From positions 800,001-864,000 of the forward strand of contig CAVWHX010000004.1 of the NCBI GenBank assembly GCA_963754925.1: a stretch of DNA of 64,000 nucleotides, given 5' to 3'. Below are positions 31,192 to 42,912 of this stretch, one piece after another; the stretch's first letter is position 1; the number at the start of each line of letters is the position of its first letter. The notes under the pieces were generated by a model. The model searched no databases. It saw nothing but the letters and a program-made list of their open reading frames with translations, and was not told where the DNA came from. A program made the translations under genes and the position numbers. Source of the stretch: an uncultured delta proteobacterium (GTDB taxonomy: Bacteria > Myxococcota > B64-G9).

Positions 31192-34100
31192 TTACCCAAC
31201 CTTTCGTTCGCTCAAGGCCCGGCGGTAATCGAGCGGCATGACTTTAACAAATTGGGCAAGCGACATCTCCCATTGCCCCATCACGCGCTTTGCCACCGCG
31301 CTTCCCGTATACAGGAGGTGCCGCTCAACCAATGTTTTGATGGTCTGCAGGTCTTCTTCAGCCAGCGGCTCAAAATCCACCATCTGCGTGTTGCACAACG
31401 ACGTAAACCGGCCGTCGTCATCGAGCACGTATGCAATCCCGCCGCTCATGCCGGCCGCGAAATTCCGTCCGGTCTTTCCCAGGATCACCACCCGGCCGCC
31501 GGTCATGTATTCGCAGCCGTGGTCACCTATCCCCTCGACCACCGCATGCGCGCCGGAGTTCCTGACCGCAAAGCGTTCACCCACTATGCCACGCAGGTAA
31601 CATTCGCCCGAGGTCGCACCGTACAGGATCACATTGCCGGCGATGATGTTCTCTTCCGGGAGGTACGCGGCGTCGCGAGGCGGGTAGACGACGATGCGGC
31701 CGCCCGAAAGCCCCTTGCCAAGATAGTCGTTGGCGTCGCCTTCAAGCTCCAACGAAAGCCCGCGCGCCGCAAAAGCGCCGAACGATTGGCCGGCAGAACC
31801 GTTGAACTTGAAATGAAGGGTGTCGTCCGGAAGCCCGGCCTGGCCATAGCGCTTTGCGATTTCGCCCGAGAGCATAGCGCCGACCGCGCGGTTGACGTTG
31901 CGGATCGGAAGCTCTGCACGCACCGGCTCTTTATGTTCCAGCGCCGGGCGCGCAAGCTCAATCATCTTGATTTCGAGCGGATCCCAAACATCCAGCTCTT
32001 GGGACTGGACGCGCCGCTTGGCAATCGAGCTCGGAACGCGTTGCTTAATAAGCAAAGCGGAAAGATCCAGTTCCTTAGCTTTCCAGTGATCGATAGCCGG
32101 TCTGACCTCGAGCATATCGACGCGGCCAACCATCTCGTCCACCGTGCGAAATCCGAGGCTGGCCATGATCTGGCGCAGATCCTCGGCTACGAACGTGAAA
32201 AAATTAACCAGGTGCTCGGGCTTGCCGGCAAACTTCCTACGCAAACTCGGGTCCTGGGTGGTGATCCCCACCGGGCAGGTATTGAGGTGGCACTTTCGCA
32301 TCATGATGCACCCTAAGCTAATCAACGGCAGGGTCGAGAAACCGAACTCCTCGGCACCAAGCAACGCGGCAATGGCGACATCACGACCGGTTGACAGCTT
32401 GCCGTCCACTTGCACAATGATCCGGCCACGCAAGTCGTTGCGCATCAAGACCTGATGCGTCTCGGCGAGCCCCAACTCCCACGGCACGCCGGCGTGCTTG
32501 ATCGATGAGAGCGGCGACGCGCCCGTCCCGCCGTCGTAGCCGCTGATCAACACCACATCCGCCTTGGCTTTCGACACACCCGCGGCGATGGTCCCCACCC
32601 CGGCCTCGGCGACCAGCTTGACGCTGACGCGCGCTTTGGGGTTGACCTTCTTGAGGTCGTAGATCAACTGCGCCAGATCCTCGATAGAGTAAATGTCATG
32701 GTGCGGCGGCGGCGAGATGAGCGTAACCCCGGGCGTTGCGTGCCGCACGAACGCGATATCCGCGCTCACCTTGTTTCCGGGCAGTTGACCGCCCTCGCCG
32801 GGTTTGGCGCCCTGCGCGATTTTGATCTGCAATTCATCGGCGTTGATAAGATACTCGGTGGTGACGCCAAATCGCGCCGAGGCCACCTGTTTAACCGAGG
32901 AACGCAGCGAGTCGCCGTTCTCCAGGGGAACAAATCGGGCCGGGTCCTCGCCCCCCTCGCCGGTATTTGATCGGCCCCCCAGGCGGTTCATGGCGATGGC
33001 CACGGTTTCATGCGCTTCCTTCGATAGCGAACCAAAAGACATGGCGCCGGTTGCAAACCGTTTGACGATGCTTGCCGCCGGCTCGACCTGGTCGATCGAA
33101 ATCGGCGTGGCGGGTTTGAACCTAAACAGCGAGCGCAAGACCAGATTCTTCTGGGCCTGGTCGTTCATCTTTTTGGCATACTCGCGATAGGTATCGAACG
33201 AACCGCTGCGCACCGCCCGCTGCAAGGTTGCGATCACTTCGGGCGTCAGCAGGTGGCGCTCGGCGTCGCGGCGCCACTGGTACTGGCCGCCCGGATCGAG
33301 CATGGGGGTGGCGGAGAGGTCCTTGGGGAACGCCCGCTCGTGTCGCAGGCGCGCCTCATCGGCGATGACATCCAGGCCGATGCCGCCGATGGGCGACCAG
33401 GTTCCGGTAAAGTGCTTGTCAATGATCTCTTTGCCCAGTCCCAGCGCCTCGAAGATCTGCGCGCCGTGATACGACAGCATGGTCGAGATGCCCATCTTGG
33501 ACATCACCTTGAGCAGCCCTTTATCGACCGCCTTGATATAGTTGGCGTGGGCGCGCTCGACCGTAATGGCCGGCGGCAAGATTTTTTGGTGAACCATGTC
33601 GTTGAGGGTGTCGAAGGCCAAGTAGGGGTTTACGGCGCTCGCGCCGTATCCCAGCAGGAGCGCCAAGTGGTGTACCTCGCGCGGCTCGCCGGACTCGAGC
33701 AAAATGCCGACTTTGGTGCGGGTTCCTTCGCGCACGAGGTGCTGGTGCACCGCGCCGACAGCCAGAAGCGCCGGTATCGGCGCGCGGAACGCATCCACCT
33801 GGCGGTCGGAGAGAATCAGGATAAAATAGCCGGCCTTGACCGCGTCCGAGGCGCGCTGGCAGAGCTCGTTGAGGGCGAATTCGAGTCGGGCGCCGCCCAA
33901 CTCGACATGGTACAGAAGCGGCAGCGTTATGGCTCGAAAGTGACGTACCGAAAAATGCCGGATCTGTTCGAGCTCGTGGTTGGTCAATATCGGGTGCGGC
34001 AACCCGATCTGGTGGCATAGCGCCGGGTTCTCGTCGAGCATATTGCCTTCGCCGCCGACATAGATAGCCAGCGACATCACCAATTCCTCGCGGATTGAAT

Positions 34101-35733
34101 CAATCGCCGGATTGGTCACTTGGGCGAACATCTGCTTGAAATAATTGTACAGGAGCGTCGGCCGTTCCGAGAGCACTGCCAGGGGAGTGTCGGTGCCCAT
34201 GGAACCGACCGGCTCCTCGGCCGTCTCGGCCATGGGGCCCAGAATGTATTTGAGATCTTCATCGGTATAGCCGAAGATTTGCTGCTTTTCTACCAGCGTC
34301 GAGCGGCTGACGGCGAGTGTGGGCGGCGGCTCGTGCAATCCGGAGAGCTCAATCTTGTTTGCCAACACCCACTGCCGATACGGCCGCTGGGTGGAAATCT
34401 TCGCCTTGAGCTCGCGGTCGTCAATAATGCGGCCTTCGTGGGTATCGATAAGCAACATCTTGCCCGGCTGCAGACGACCCTTGCGCTTGATGGTTGACTC
34501 AGGAATGTCGAGCACCCCGGTTTCGGATGCCATGACCACCAATCCGTCCGTGGTGACGAGATACCGGGCCGGCCGGAGCCCGTTGCGATCGAGCAGCGCG
34601 CCCACGCTCCTGCCGTCGGTGAAAGCCACGCAGGCCGGTCCATCCCAGGGCTCCATGATGGCCGCATGGAACTCGTAAAACCCGCGCTTGTCGGGGTCAA
34701 TATCCACGTCGGCGCTCCAGGCCTCGGGAATAAGCATCATCATCGCGTGCGGCAGCGACCGGCCGCTCTGCACCAGAAACTCCAAAACATTGTCCAGGGC
34801 CGCGGAGTCGCTGCCCATCGGCTGTACAATGGGTTTGATCTTCTGGATGTCGTCTCCCCACAGGGGATTGGTCAGGAGGGTCTCGCGGGCGGCCATCCAA
34901 TTAAGGTTTCCCCGTAAGGTATTGATTTCACCGTTGTGGGCCAGGTAATGGAAGGGATGCGCCAGGTCCCAGGTCGGAAAGGTATTGGTGCTATAGCGAT
35001 GGTGAACCAGGGCAATGGCACTCTTCATCGCGGGATTCGTTATATCCTTATAGAAGCCTTTAATCTGTCTCGCGATCAGCATTCCCTTGTACACCACGGT
35101 GCGGGTCGAAAACGACGGAATATGAAAATAGTGAAACGCGCGGGGGATCTTCTTGCCTACCTCCGACTGCATCCGTTTGCGCACGATGTAGAGCCGCCGC
35201 TCCAGGGCATCCTGATCGAGCTTGTGCTTACCGCTGGTGACAAACACCTGCTTGATGCGCGGCTGTAAATCCTGGGCAAACTCTCCGATCACCATGGTGT
35301 CCACCGGAACGTTTCTCCAGCCCAGCAGTTGCAGGCCTTCTTCCTCGATAATCTCCTCAAGCAGACCCTCGCAGAAGTGCCGATCCACGGGGACCTGGGG
35401 CAAAAAGATCATCCCGACCCCGTACTCGCCCAGCGGCGGAAGAGAAAAACCTCTGACGCCCGCGAGTTCGCACCCTCCCGCGACGCCGACCGCGTTCTCA
35501 CATACGCTCCTGAAAAACTCGTCAGGCAGCTGAATCAAGATCCCGGCGCCGTCCCCGGTGCGCGGATCGCTGCCGACAGCCCCGCGGTGGCTGAGGTGCT
35601 CTACCACCTCCAAGCCTTTTTGAATGATGGCGTGCGATTTAGTTCCGGCGATATCCACGACAAACCCAACCCCGCAGGAGTCGTGCTCGTGGGCTGGGTC
35701 GTACAATCCTTCAGTGCAAGTCGATGCGCTCAT
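31192..35733 (-). CDS. gltB: Glutamate synthase large subunit
   Basis: EHDSCGVGF (Ntn Cys), HNGEINT, GAMSFGS, QGAKPGEGGQLPG, CIMMRKCHLNTCPVG, GDHGCEYMTGG. Confidence 0.99.
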   Translation of the reverse strand: MSASTCTEGLYDPAHEHDSCGVGFVVDIAGTKSHAIIQKGLEVVEHLSHRGAVGSDPRTGDGAGILIQLPDEFFRSVCENAVGVAGGCELAGVRGFSLPPLGEYGVGMIFLPQVPVDRHFCEGLLEEIIEEEGLQLLGWRNVPVDTMVIGEFAQDLQPRIKQVFVTSGKHKLDQDALERRLYIVRKRMQSEVGKKIPRAFHYFHIPSFSTRTVVYKGMLIARQIKGFYKDITNPAMKSAIALVHHRYSTNTFPTWDLAHPFHYLAHNGEINTLRGNLNWMAARETLLTNPLWGDDIQKIKPIVQPMGSDSAALDNVLEFLVQSGRSLPHAMMMLIPEAWSADVDIDPDKRGFYEFHAAIMEPWDGPACVAFTDGRSVGALLDRNGLRPARYLVTTDGLVVMASETGVLDIPESTIKRKGRLQPGKMLLIDTHEGRIIDDRELKAKISTQRPYRQWVLANKIELSGLHEPPPTLAVSRSTLVEKQQIFGYTDEDLKYILGPMAETAEEPVGSMGTDTPLAVLSERPTLLYNYFKQMFAQVTNPAIDSIREELVMSLAIYVGGEGNMLDENPALCHQIGLPHPILTNHELEQIRHFSVRHFRAITLPLLYHVELGGARLEFALNELCQRASDAVKAGYFILILSDRQVDAFRAPIPALLAVGAVHQHLVREGTRTKVGILLESGEPREVHHLALLLGYGASAVNPYLAFDTLNDMVHQKILPPAITVERAHANYIKAVDKGLLKVMSKMGISTMLSYHGAQIFEALGLGKEIIDKHFTGTWSPIGGIGLDVIADEARLRHERAFPKDLSATPMLDPGGQYQWRRDAERHLLTPEVIATLQRAVRSGSFDTYREYAKKMNDQAQKNLVLRSLFRFKPATPISIDQVEPAASIVKRFATGAMSFGSLSKEAHETVAIAMNRLGGRSNTGEGGEDPARFVPLENGDSLRSSVKQVASARFGVTTEYLINADELQIKIAQGAKPGEGGQLPGNKVSADIAFVRHATPGVTLISPPPHHDIYSIEDLAQLIYDLKKVNPKARVSVKLVAEAGVGTIAAGVSKAKADVVLISGYDGGTGASPLSSIKHAGVPWELGLAETHQVLMRNDLRGRIIVQVDGKLSTGRDVAIAALLGAEEFGFSTLPLISLGCIMMRKCHLNTCPVGITTQDPSLRRKFAGKPEHLVNFFTFVAEDLRQIMASLGFRTVDEMVGRVDMLEVRPAIDHWKAKELDLSALLIKQRVPSSIAKRRVQSQELDVWDPLEIKMIELARPALEHKEPVRAELPIRNVNRAVGAMLSGEIAKRYGQAGLPDDTLHFKFNGSAGQSFGAFAARGLSLELEGDANDYLGKGLSGGRIVVYPPRDAAYLPEENIIAGNVILYGATSGECYLRGIVGERFAVRNSGAHAVVEGIGDHGCEYMTGGRVVILGKTGRNFAAGMSGGIAYVLDDDGRFTSLCNTQMVDFEPLAEEDLQTIKTLVERHLLYTGSAVAKRVMGQWEMSLAQFVKVMPLDYRRALSERKVG

Positions 35734-36423
35734 GAACGTTTCCTTTGCTCCATACCTAAAAACCGGCGAAGTAGTATAAGGATAATAAGTTCGGTTGTCT
35801 ATGGAGATGTTGTCGAGGATTGATTATTTATCTAAGACATCAAGGAACGCAAGTCGCACTGGTGAAAGTCTCATGTCCATTACAGCCCATACTTTGCTGT
35901 TCTTGCCAAACAAAACATCCTTCACTAGTCGTCCAACATTTATTTATATTTTTGCTATTCAAATCACAAATAGTAGCACCAAAAACTCCGATAGCACAAA
36001 ATGGCTGTTGTAAGCGTTACTTTTACATTGTCATCGGTTTTTCATCTTCTTTCCTTCTAATCAGCTTAATCCCTTTTAACAATTTTTTCTCATTATGGCA
36101 ATATTTCACTATTCAGGGGCTCGGTATTTGAGACTCACGTTTTGGGAAAAATCGTCCGTACTATGCCAACCAAGGGGTCGTGGCGTGCAAATATGACACC
36201 ATGGCTAAAATAATATTGACAAATTTATTTCCGCCACCCTAAACTCAGCCAGTTTTGAAAACATATGCAGCTTGCATTTAAGAGACGTGGAGAGGGTAGC
36301 GCTCAAAATGTGGACGAGAGCTTATGGCATCGTTCCAGACGCGAAGCAGGGTGGATTAGTTTCTATTGCAGAGAAAAGGCTTACAAGACATACGGCCGAT
36401 CTATTAACCAAAGGAGCGGGAAT

Positions 36424-38134
36424 ATGAGAAACAAAAACGGGAAGATCATACTCAAACGTAGTTGGGAAATTGGCACTAGGGTGACGTGCGCCGTGCTGCT
36501 TGTCTTGGTATTGTTACCGTTGAGCGGGTGTACGCCGGACATTAAGAACGACTGGACGGCTACGGTGTACGGAGAAATGCTGTTTGATACGAGCGTGACA
36601 CCGGCCGTCACACCGCAACCCACCTCTTTTGCATTGGATCCAAATACCGGATTGATCGTTGTCTCACTACTAGGGATCGTGGTGCCAACCGACTGCGAAA
36701 ATCTGACCGCCGACGAAATAGCGGCAGGAATGAATGTTGCGAGATGTGAATTTTACCAATATCTAACCAGCCTCGATGGATTTCCTACTCTTCCCGGTGC
36801 TGCTGTAGCAAGGGCGCCGGTTAGCAAGGCAGTTGATCTGAGTAAGCTCATTCCGGCCAGTCCGACCTCTCCGGCCAATACAGCCATTATGAGCTTCCCG
36901 TTAGATAATCCATTAGCTGTCACAACTTACGATGTCGGCAACCCAACCGTGTCCGGAGTTGTGGCTGTATCCGAACCGCCAATGGTGACTCCACCGAGAC
37001 CATATACCAATCTTAGTCTTTATTTTCTAAACGGCTGGCAACCATATACACAATACTTAATAGCTTTTCGCGGCGGTCCGACCCTCGATGACGGACTAAT
37101 GACCATGGATAAAAACAATGTAATGGAATCTGCCGCTTATAACTTGCTAAAAAGGACTGATTCCCTGACCTGCGGAACGCCCATAGGTCCTGGCGATCAA
37201 GTGCCGGTGACCTGTCCTTATTTTACAATCGTGAATGGCCAAGAAAAGGGTCAGACTCCGGCGGAGGTAAGCTACAATTTATTTCAGCTTGAGACCATTC
37301 GCACCCAATTCATACAGCCCGCGTCTATTTTGTTATCACTTTTTGGCAAGATGTCATTAAGCGATGCCGCGACGTTTTGGCCCATACAAACACATTCAAA
37401 TCCAGTGGCGGAATTTTTACCACAGGAAAGCGCCGACCTTCTCGGAAAAACATTAGGGGACCTTTTACATACAACAGCGGTACCTGTAAACCCAATAGTA
37501 CCAACCGTAACCGAGGCTAAGGAGATTCAGATAGCTGTCAAATCTGCAGACGGTATTGGTATTGATAACAGATCGTTAGTTCCTGTACCATTTATTACAA
37601 ATTATGTAAATAAATCTATAGGAGTTCCTATCACACCCGGCTCAATTGTTCTTATTGACGCAGGTTGCCCAACAGCTAGTGGGGATATTGATGCAACATG
37701 TGGGGGTGTAATAAATCCTAATGACCCAAGAAAAATTCCGCTAATCACAGCCCGCTATTCTGGGGGTAAAATATTGCTAGACCTTATAGATACAAACGTA
37801 ACACAGTTCAATCTAAACCATGTATATGTCGTTCTCATGAGTGATTTCATTAGTGATAACAGCGGAAGAAAAATGGTACCATGCCCCACTGCAGTATTCG
37901 CCAAGTCTTCAGGGCCGCTTGTAATAAATGGTCAAAGTGCGATTCCAGAACAACTAAGTTTAACTCAGGCTCAACAGGCTGAGGCTGGTCGTCTGCAAGC
38001 TTAATGCAGTATTTGATCAAGTTGTACCGCTGACAACTGGCACCGCCTTGTTACCAGATGTGCTTGGTATCAACAGAACGAATCTTGTCTATGTTGGAAA
38101 TTTTGTATGTACTAACACTAATTATTGCAAATGA
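36424..38134 (+). CDS. Large lipoprotein resembling the N-terminal region of Pla-1/VolA-type lipases; extra base near 37998; no hydrolase domain
   Basis: Lipobox LSGC with AAGGAG RBS; FDTSVTPAVTPQPT...YLTSLDGFPT. After the frameshift the frame continues AGRLQLNAVFDQ...GINRTNLVYVGNFVC...TGA at 38132-38134. Confidence 0.6.
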
Positions 38135-38170
38135 CCCTACAACTAGCTGAGCTATCCTAAAAAACGCGAG

Positions 38171-39446
38171 GTGAAATCAATGAAAACCAAATATCAGATC
38201 CCCCTTATATCAACCTTCTCATTACTGGTGTTATTACTTAGCGCGTCCACCGTAAACGCAAGTGGCTTTTTGGTCTACGATCAAGGCGCCGACGCCATGG
38301 GCAAAGCCAACGCCGTCACCGCCAGCGTCACCGATCCGAATGCAGTATTTTATAACCCGGCGGGGTTATCCTTCAGCAAAGGATATGCTCTATTTCTCGG
38401 CTCGAACCTTACCTTCTTAAGAAATATGAATTTTAAAGATGCGGATACTAATGTGACAACCCACGGAGGAGATCGATTTTTCTACGCGGGCCAAGCTTGT
38501 ATTTCCGCCCAACTTACCGATTGGCTGCATTTCGGCGTCGGTTTGTTCGCCCCCTTCGGGGGAGGGATCACGTGGCCCAACAATTGGGTGGGAAGGACGA
38601 GTATCCTTTATACGAACATAGTAGGTTTGTATATCAATCCAGTCTTTTCTTTTAAGATTACTCCCAAGCTTTCGATTGCCGCCGGCTTTCAGTTGGTCAG
38701 GGGGACGTTGGAGCTCAAACAAGGAACACCGGATGGGGTCGGCATCGCCCATTTAGGCTTTGAGGGCTGGGGCTACGGCGGAAACCTCGGCATCATGTAT
38801 CAGGCATCTAAAAAGGTGAGCCTCGGCATCGCCTATCGCAGCCGCGTCAAGGTGCCGATGAGCGGCGGCAGGGTGGATTTTCAAAATGTACCCTCAGAAT
38901 TTTAATAACAATTTCGAAGACCAGGGCGCCAGCACGAGGATAACGATGCCCGATATTATAAGCCTTGGGGTCACGTTCAAACCCATTGATGTGTTATCAA
39001 TAGGCGTCGATGTCGATTACATCGCGTGGGACACGTGGGACAAGTTGCCCATTACCTTTGCAAAGGGCACGTTGCCATCGATTGTTAACCCTAGTAACTA
39101 TCATGGCGCGGCAATCTTTCGCGTGGGTGCGGAGTACGATACCGAGATAGGCTTTTTATTCCGCGCTGGGGTAGCGTACGAGCAGTCTCCCGCGCCACGG
39201 GATATGACGGCGGCGTTGCCCGATACTAACAATGTTGATTTTACCTTTTCGGTGCGGTTGCCATCGCTCGCGGAATGGTTTGCGGGAGACCTCGGCTATA
39301 TGCTGCAATGGGGTCTGCCCACGGGCGCGGACGCCAGCGTGATGTCACCGGCCGGCAAATATTCACGTTTTGTTCATGTTTTCGCATTTTCGGGGGTCGT
39401 CCGATTTGGCGTGCCCGACGAGCTTGGGTCTGAGCCTACCGAATAG
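38171..39446 (+). CDS. FadL/TodX-family outer-membrane transporter; extra T near 38900
   Basis: ASGFLVYDQGADAMGKANA, AVFYNPAGL, FGVGLFAPFG, INPVFSFK, GYGGNLGI; second frame MPDIISLG...FRAGVAYEQSP...LPDTN. Confidence 0.88.
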
Positions 39447-39496
39447 GGGTTATGGCAACCAACGAGGCTTCACCCATCCTACCAACTACCAACTTG

Positions 39497-39940
39497 TTAG
39501 GATTTATCTTTTTCAGAAATTGTTCTGGTTTTTGAGAGGGTAAACCGGGAGGTCTTCTGCTTCCTATCCGATGCCTTTAGGTCTCTCTCTCCCACGAGGG
39601 TGATCTTCTTGGCTGTCGGCCGATCAATTTCCGGCAGTAGGTCGTAGGTAAGCTTAACGTTTCCAACTTCGATTTGATCTCCCGGCGACAGGCGCTGCTC
39701 GGTTACGCGCTCGCCGTTGACAAAGGTGCCGTTGGTGCTGTTGGTATCAATAATCACCCAGGTATGGCCGTCCCACTCCATTCGAGCGTGCTGACGGGAG
39801 ACGCTGCCGTCAAACGCCAGGCACAAATCGCACTCGCTCGCGCGGCCGATCTCCTTCAGCAACCCGGTCAGTGGATAACTGGTCTGTCTCTGTTCATCGA
39901 ACAAATGGAACATAAATCCCATCCCGATTGAGGCACTCAT
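39497..39940 (-). CDS. FHA domain protein
   Basis: IGRASECD, VSRQHA, DTNSTNGTFVNG, LSPGDQIEVG. Confidence 0.92.
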   Translation of the reverse strand: MSASIGMGFMFHLFDEQRQTSYPLTGLLKEIGRASECDLCLAFDGSVSRQHARMEWDGHTWVIIDTNSTNGTFVNGERVTEQRLSPGDQIEVGNVKLTYDLLPEIDRPTAKKITLVGERDLKASDRKQKTSRFTLSKTRTISEKDKS

Positions 39941-40037
39941 GATGATACCCCAAAGAACATTTCTGAGCCAGTAATTGTCTCGCGCGGCCGAGGCGGCGCT
40001 CGATCCATCAGCACCGTCGTAACCGAAGCTCTGAACG

Positions 40038-41007
40038 TCACGTCACGATGTTCGGTGGGTTATACACGTCCAGCAGTTCTTGAATCTTAATCGCCGCGGC
40101 GGCGCCGTCGCCGACCGCGCCGGCCACCTGATGTACCGTCTCGGAGCGCACATCACCGGCCGCAAAGATACGGGGATGCGAGGTGCGCAGGCGCCGGTCG
40201 GTTTTGACAAAGCCAGCGTTGTCAAGCTCAACCAATCCACGCACGATCTCGCTATTTGGGTTCACCCCGATAAAAACAAACACGCCGGACAGGGGCACGG
40301 TTTGCGCATCGCCGGATGTGACGCTCTTAAGAGCGTAACCCGGTGACTTCCCGCTCACCCAAAATTTCCTCGACTACCGAATTCAAAGCGTAATCGACGT
40401 TCGGGGCGGCGGCCAGACTTTCTTGCATTATCTTCTCGGCGCGCAGGTGCTCGCGCCGATGCACCAACGTGACCCGTCCCACCAGCCGAGAGAGAAACAG
40501 CGCTTCCTTGACCGCCGTATCCCCACCGCCGACAACCGCCACGTGCTTGCCCTTGAAAAAGGCCCCGTCGCAGGTGGCGCAGTAGCTTACCCCATGGCCC
40601 CGCAGCTTCTGTTCGCCGGGGACCCCCAGCTCACGATGACTGCAACCAGTAGCCAAAAGTAGAATCTTGGCGGTATAGACGTCGAGGCCGCCTCTCACAA
40701 CCACGCGATGTTCGTCAGCGGTGATCGACTCGGCCTGATCGTAGACCACCGACACCCCAAAGCTCTCCATTTGCTTGCGCATCAGTTCGGCCAAATCCGG
40801 GCCGGTTGTCGGCTCGCGCAGACCGGGATAGTTTTCGATGATATCCATGATGTTGAGCTCGCCGCCGCCGCCCAGCGGATCAAGCACCAGACATGAAAGT
40901 CGGGCACGGCCAGCGTAGATACCCGCCGTCATTCCGGCCGGTCCGCCGCCCAGGATCAGCAGGTCAAGCAGTCCTCCGGGCGCGTGGTCTCCTGTGGATG
41001 TTAACAT
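40038..41007 (-). CDS. trxB: Thioredoxin-disulfide reductase; extra base near 40330
   Basis: GGGPAG, ENYPG, GVSYCATCDG, VVGGGDTA, HRR; second frame GVFVFIG...FAAGDV...AVGDGA. Confidence 0.93.
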
Positions 41008-41039
41008 TAATTACCACCAACACGGTTGCCGGAAGCGCC

Positions 41040-42155
41040 TTAGTTCCGACGTTGGAAAATGCCTTTGCGCTTTTTATTCACATCGTTTTTGGCGTGCGCT
41101 GCATACTCTCGCAACAGCTCCTCTTGTTGCTCGGTAAGCTTTTTAGGAAGCACCACCTTGAGATGCACAATCACATTCCCCCGGCCGTGACCGCGCAGGT
41201 GCGGAACTCCGGCGCCGCGGATAACCAATTCATCACCGGGCTGCGTCCCGGCCGGCACCTCGATGACTTTACTCCCATCCAACACTTCGATCTCGATCGA
41301 GGCGCCAAGGATAGCTTGGGTGAAGTCGATCTCATATTCGACGTGCAGATGTTGACCATCGCGGACGAAATGCTCGTCTGGCATTACGTGTAAGACAACA
41401 TACAGATCGCCCGGTGAGCCGCCGAGGGAACCTGCATCGCCCTCGCCGGAAAGCCGCATGCGCGTGCCGTCGTCGACGCCCGGAGGTATCGATAACGTGA
41501 CCGTGCGACGTTTCTCAACCTTGCCGGCCCCGCGACACGTTGGGCAGAGCTTTTCGATCACCGAACCGGCGCCGCGACAGCTCGGGCACGTGGTGGTGAG
41601 GGTGAAGAAACCCTGATTTTGCATGATCGCGCCGCTCCCATGGCAGCGCGGACAGGTCGTGCGGGAGGTTCCGGCGGCGGCCCCGGATCCATGGCACTCA
41701 TCGCATTGGGTCGGTATGTCAAGGGCTATCTCGCGCTCCGCTCCCAACACCGCCTCCTTGAGCGGAATCTCTATATCGTAGCGAAGATCCGATCCTCGCT
41801 GCGGCCCGCTCCGACGCCTCTGCCGTCCGCCGAAGCTGCCAAACCCGAACAAATCCCCAAAGATACTCCCAAAGCTTTGGAATATATCTTCGACCGACTG
41901 GAACCCCGGAGAAAACCCGGCCCCCTTCAATCCATCGGCACCGTAGCGATCGTAAATCGCGCGCTTATCCGGGTCCGAGAGAACCGAGTATGCCTCGGCA
42001 ACCTCTTTGAATTTCTCCTCGGCTTCCTTGCTGCCCTGGTTGCGGTCAGGATGGAACTCAACCGCCAACCGCCGATAGGCCTTCTTGATATCGCCGTCCG
42101 AGGCGTTTTTTGCCACCCCAAGGATTTGGTAGTAGTCGCGATTGAATTCAGCCAA
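41040..42155 (-). CDS. dnaJ: Chaperone DnaJ (class A); likely TTG start at 42155
   Basis: [12 protein letters not shown] motif, G/F-rich region, four CxxCxGxG repeats. Confidence 0.96.
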   Translation of the reverse strand: MAEFNRDYYQILGVAKNASDGDIKKAYRRLAVEFHPDRNQGSKEAEEKFKEVAEAYSVLSDPDKRAIYDRYGADGLKGAGFSPGFQSVEDIFQSFGSIFGDLFGFGSFGGRQRRRSGPQRGSDLRYDIEIPLKEAVLGAEREIALDIPTQCDECHGSGAAAGTSRTTCPRCHGSGAIMQNQGFFTLTTTCPSCRGAGSVIEKLCPTCRGAGKVEKRRTVTLSIPPGVDDGTRMRLSGEGDAGSLGGSPGDLYVVLHVMPDEHFVRDGQHLHVEYEIDFTQAILGASIEIEVLDGSKVIEVPAGTQPGDELVIRGAGVPHLRGHGRGNVIVHLKVVLPKKLTEQQEELLREYAAHAKNDVNKKRKGIFQRRN

Positions 42156-42159
42156 TGGC

Positions 42160-42757
42160 TTATCCCTGCGATCGCACGCCAACCCGAACGCCGGCCGGCC
42201 GGATCATGCGCTCAGCAATGGTGTAACCCCGGCGGTACTCCTCAAGCACTATGCCTTCCTGAGCCTCATCCACCGGGGTGGTGGCCATCGCCTCCATGGT
42301 CTTGGGTTGAAAGCGCTCACCCTTGGTCGGAATCGGTTGAATACCAAGCTTATTGAGCTGCTCATCCAACTGTTTCCAAATAAGTTCCAACCCTTCAAAC
42401 AATGGCGACGGCGACTCCTTGCAACAATGGTCTCTTTAACCTGGTGAGGTTGTCCAGAACCTCGATAAAAGGCCCAGCCAAACGCGCCCGCTCAATCTCC
42501 AACCGCACAGAAAGCTCTCGTTCGATACGCGCCCGAGCATTGTCTAAGTCGGCCACCGAAGACTTATGGGCTTGGATGTATTCTTTTAACAGTTTCTCGT
42601 TTTCTTCCAGACGCTTCTCGAGGTCCTCGACAAACGTCGGCTTGCTGCTCGATGGCTGATCGGGCACCGTGGTGGGATCGAAATTTTCCTGAAGCCAAAA
42701 TCGCCTATCGTTTATCGTGAATCCTTGTGATTGCCCATCGTGAGTTTCGACCGCCAT
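42160..42757 (-). CDS. grpE: Nucleotide exchange factor GrpE; extra base near 42435
   Basis: [10 protein letters not shown]...FEGLELI...[12 protein letters not shown]...EEYRRGY...MIRPAGVRV across two frames. Confidence 0.88.
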
Positions 42758-42912
42758 ACCATGTGCTCCCTACCTATTGAAGAAAACTTGAGTGATTTTA
42801 ATCACTGCTTCGCAAACGTCAAGGTATCCTGCATAGCCGAAATCATCACATAACGGTCGTGGGTTGAAGTTTGTTAATGTTCGGCAATTATTGACTAATA
42901 AAGGCGTCAAGC

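Noticed and set aside
35740..36420. Glutamine or c-di-GMP riboswitch in the long gltB/lipoprotein intergenic region
   Set aside because: AAGGAACGC is on the wrong strand for gltB, and GACGCGAAGC lacks the GEMM P1 elements. The small ORFs here look non-coding.
42760..42910. CIRCE element upstream of grpE
   Set aside because: TTAGCACTC-N9-GAGTGCTAA is not present.
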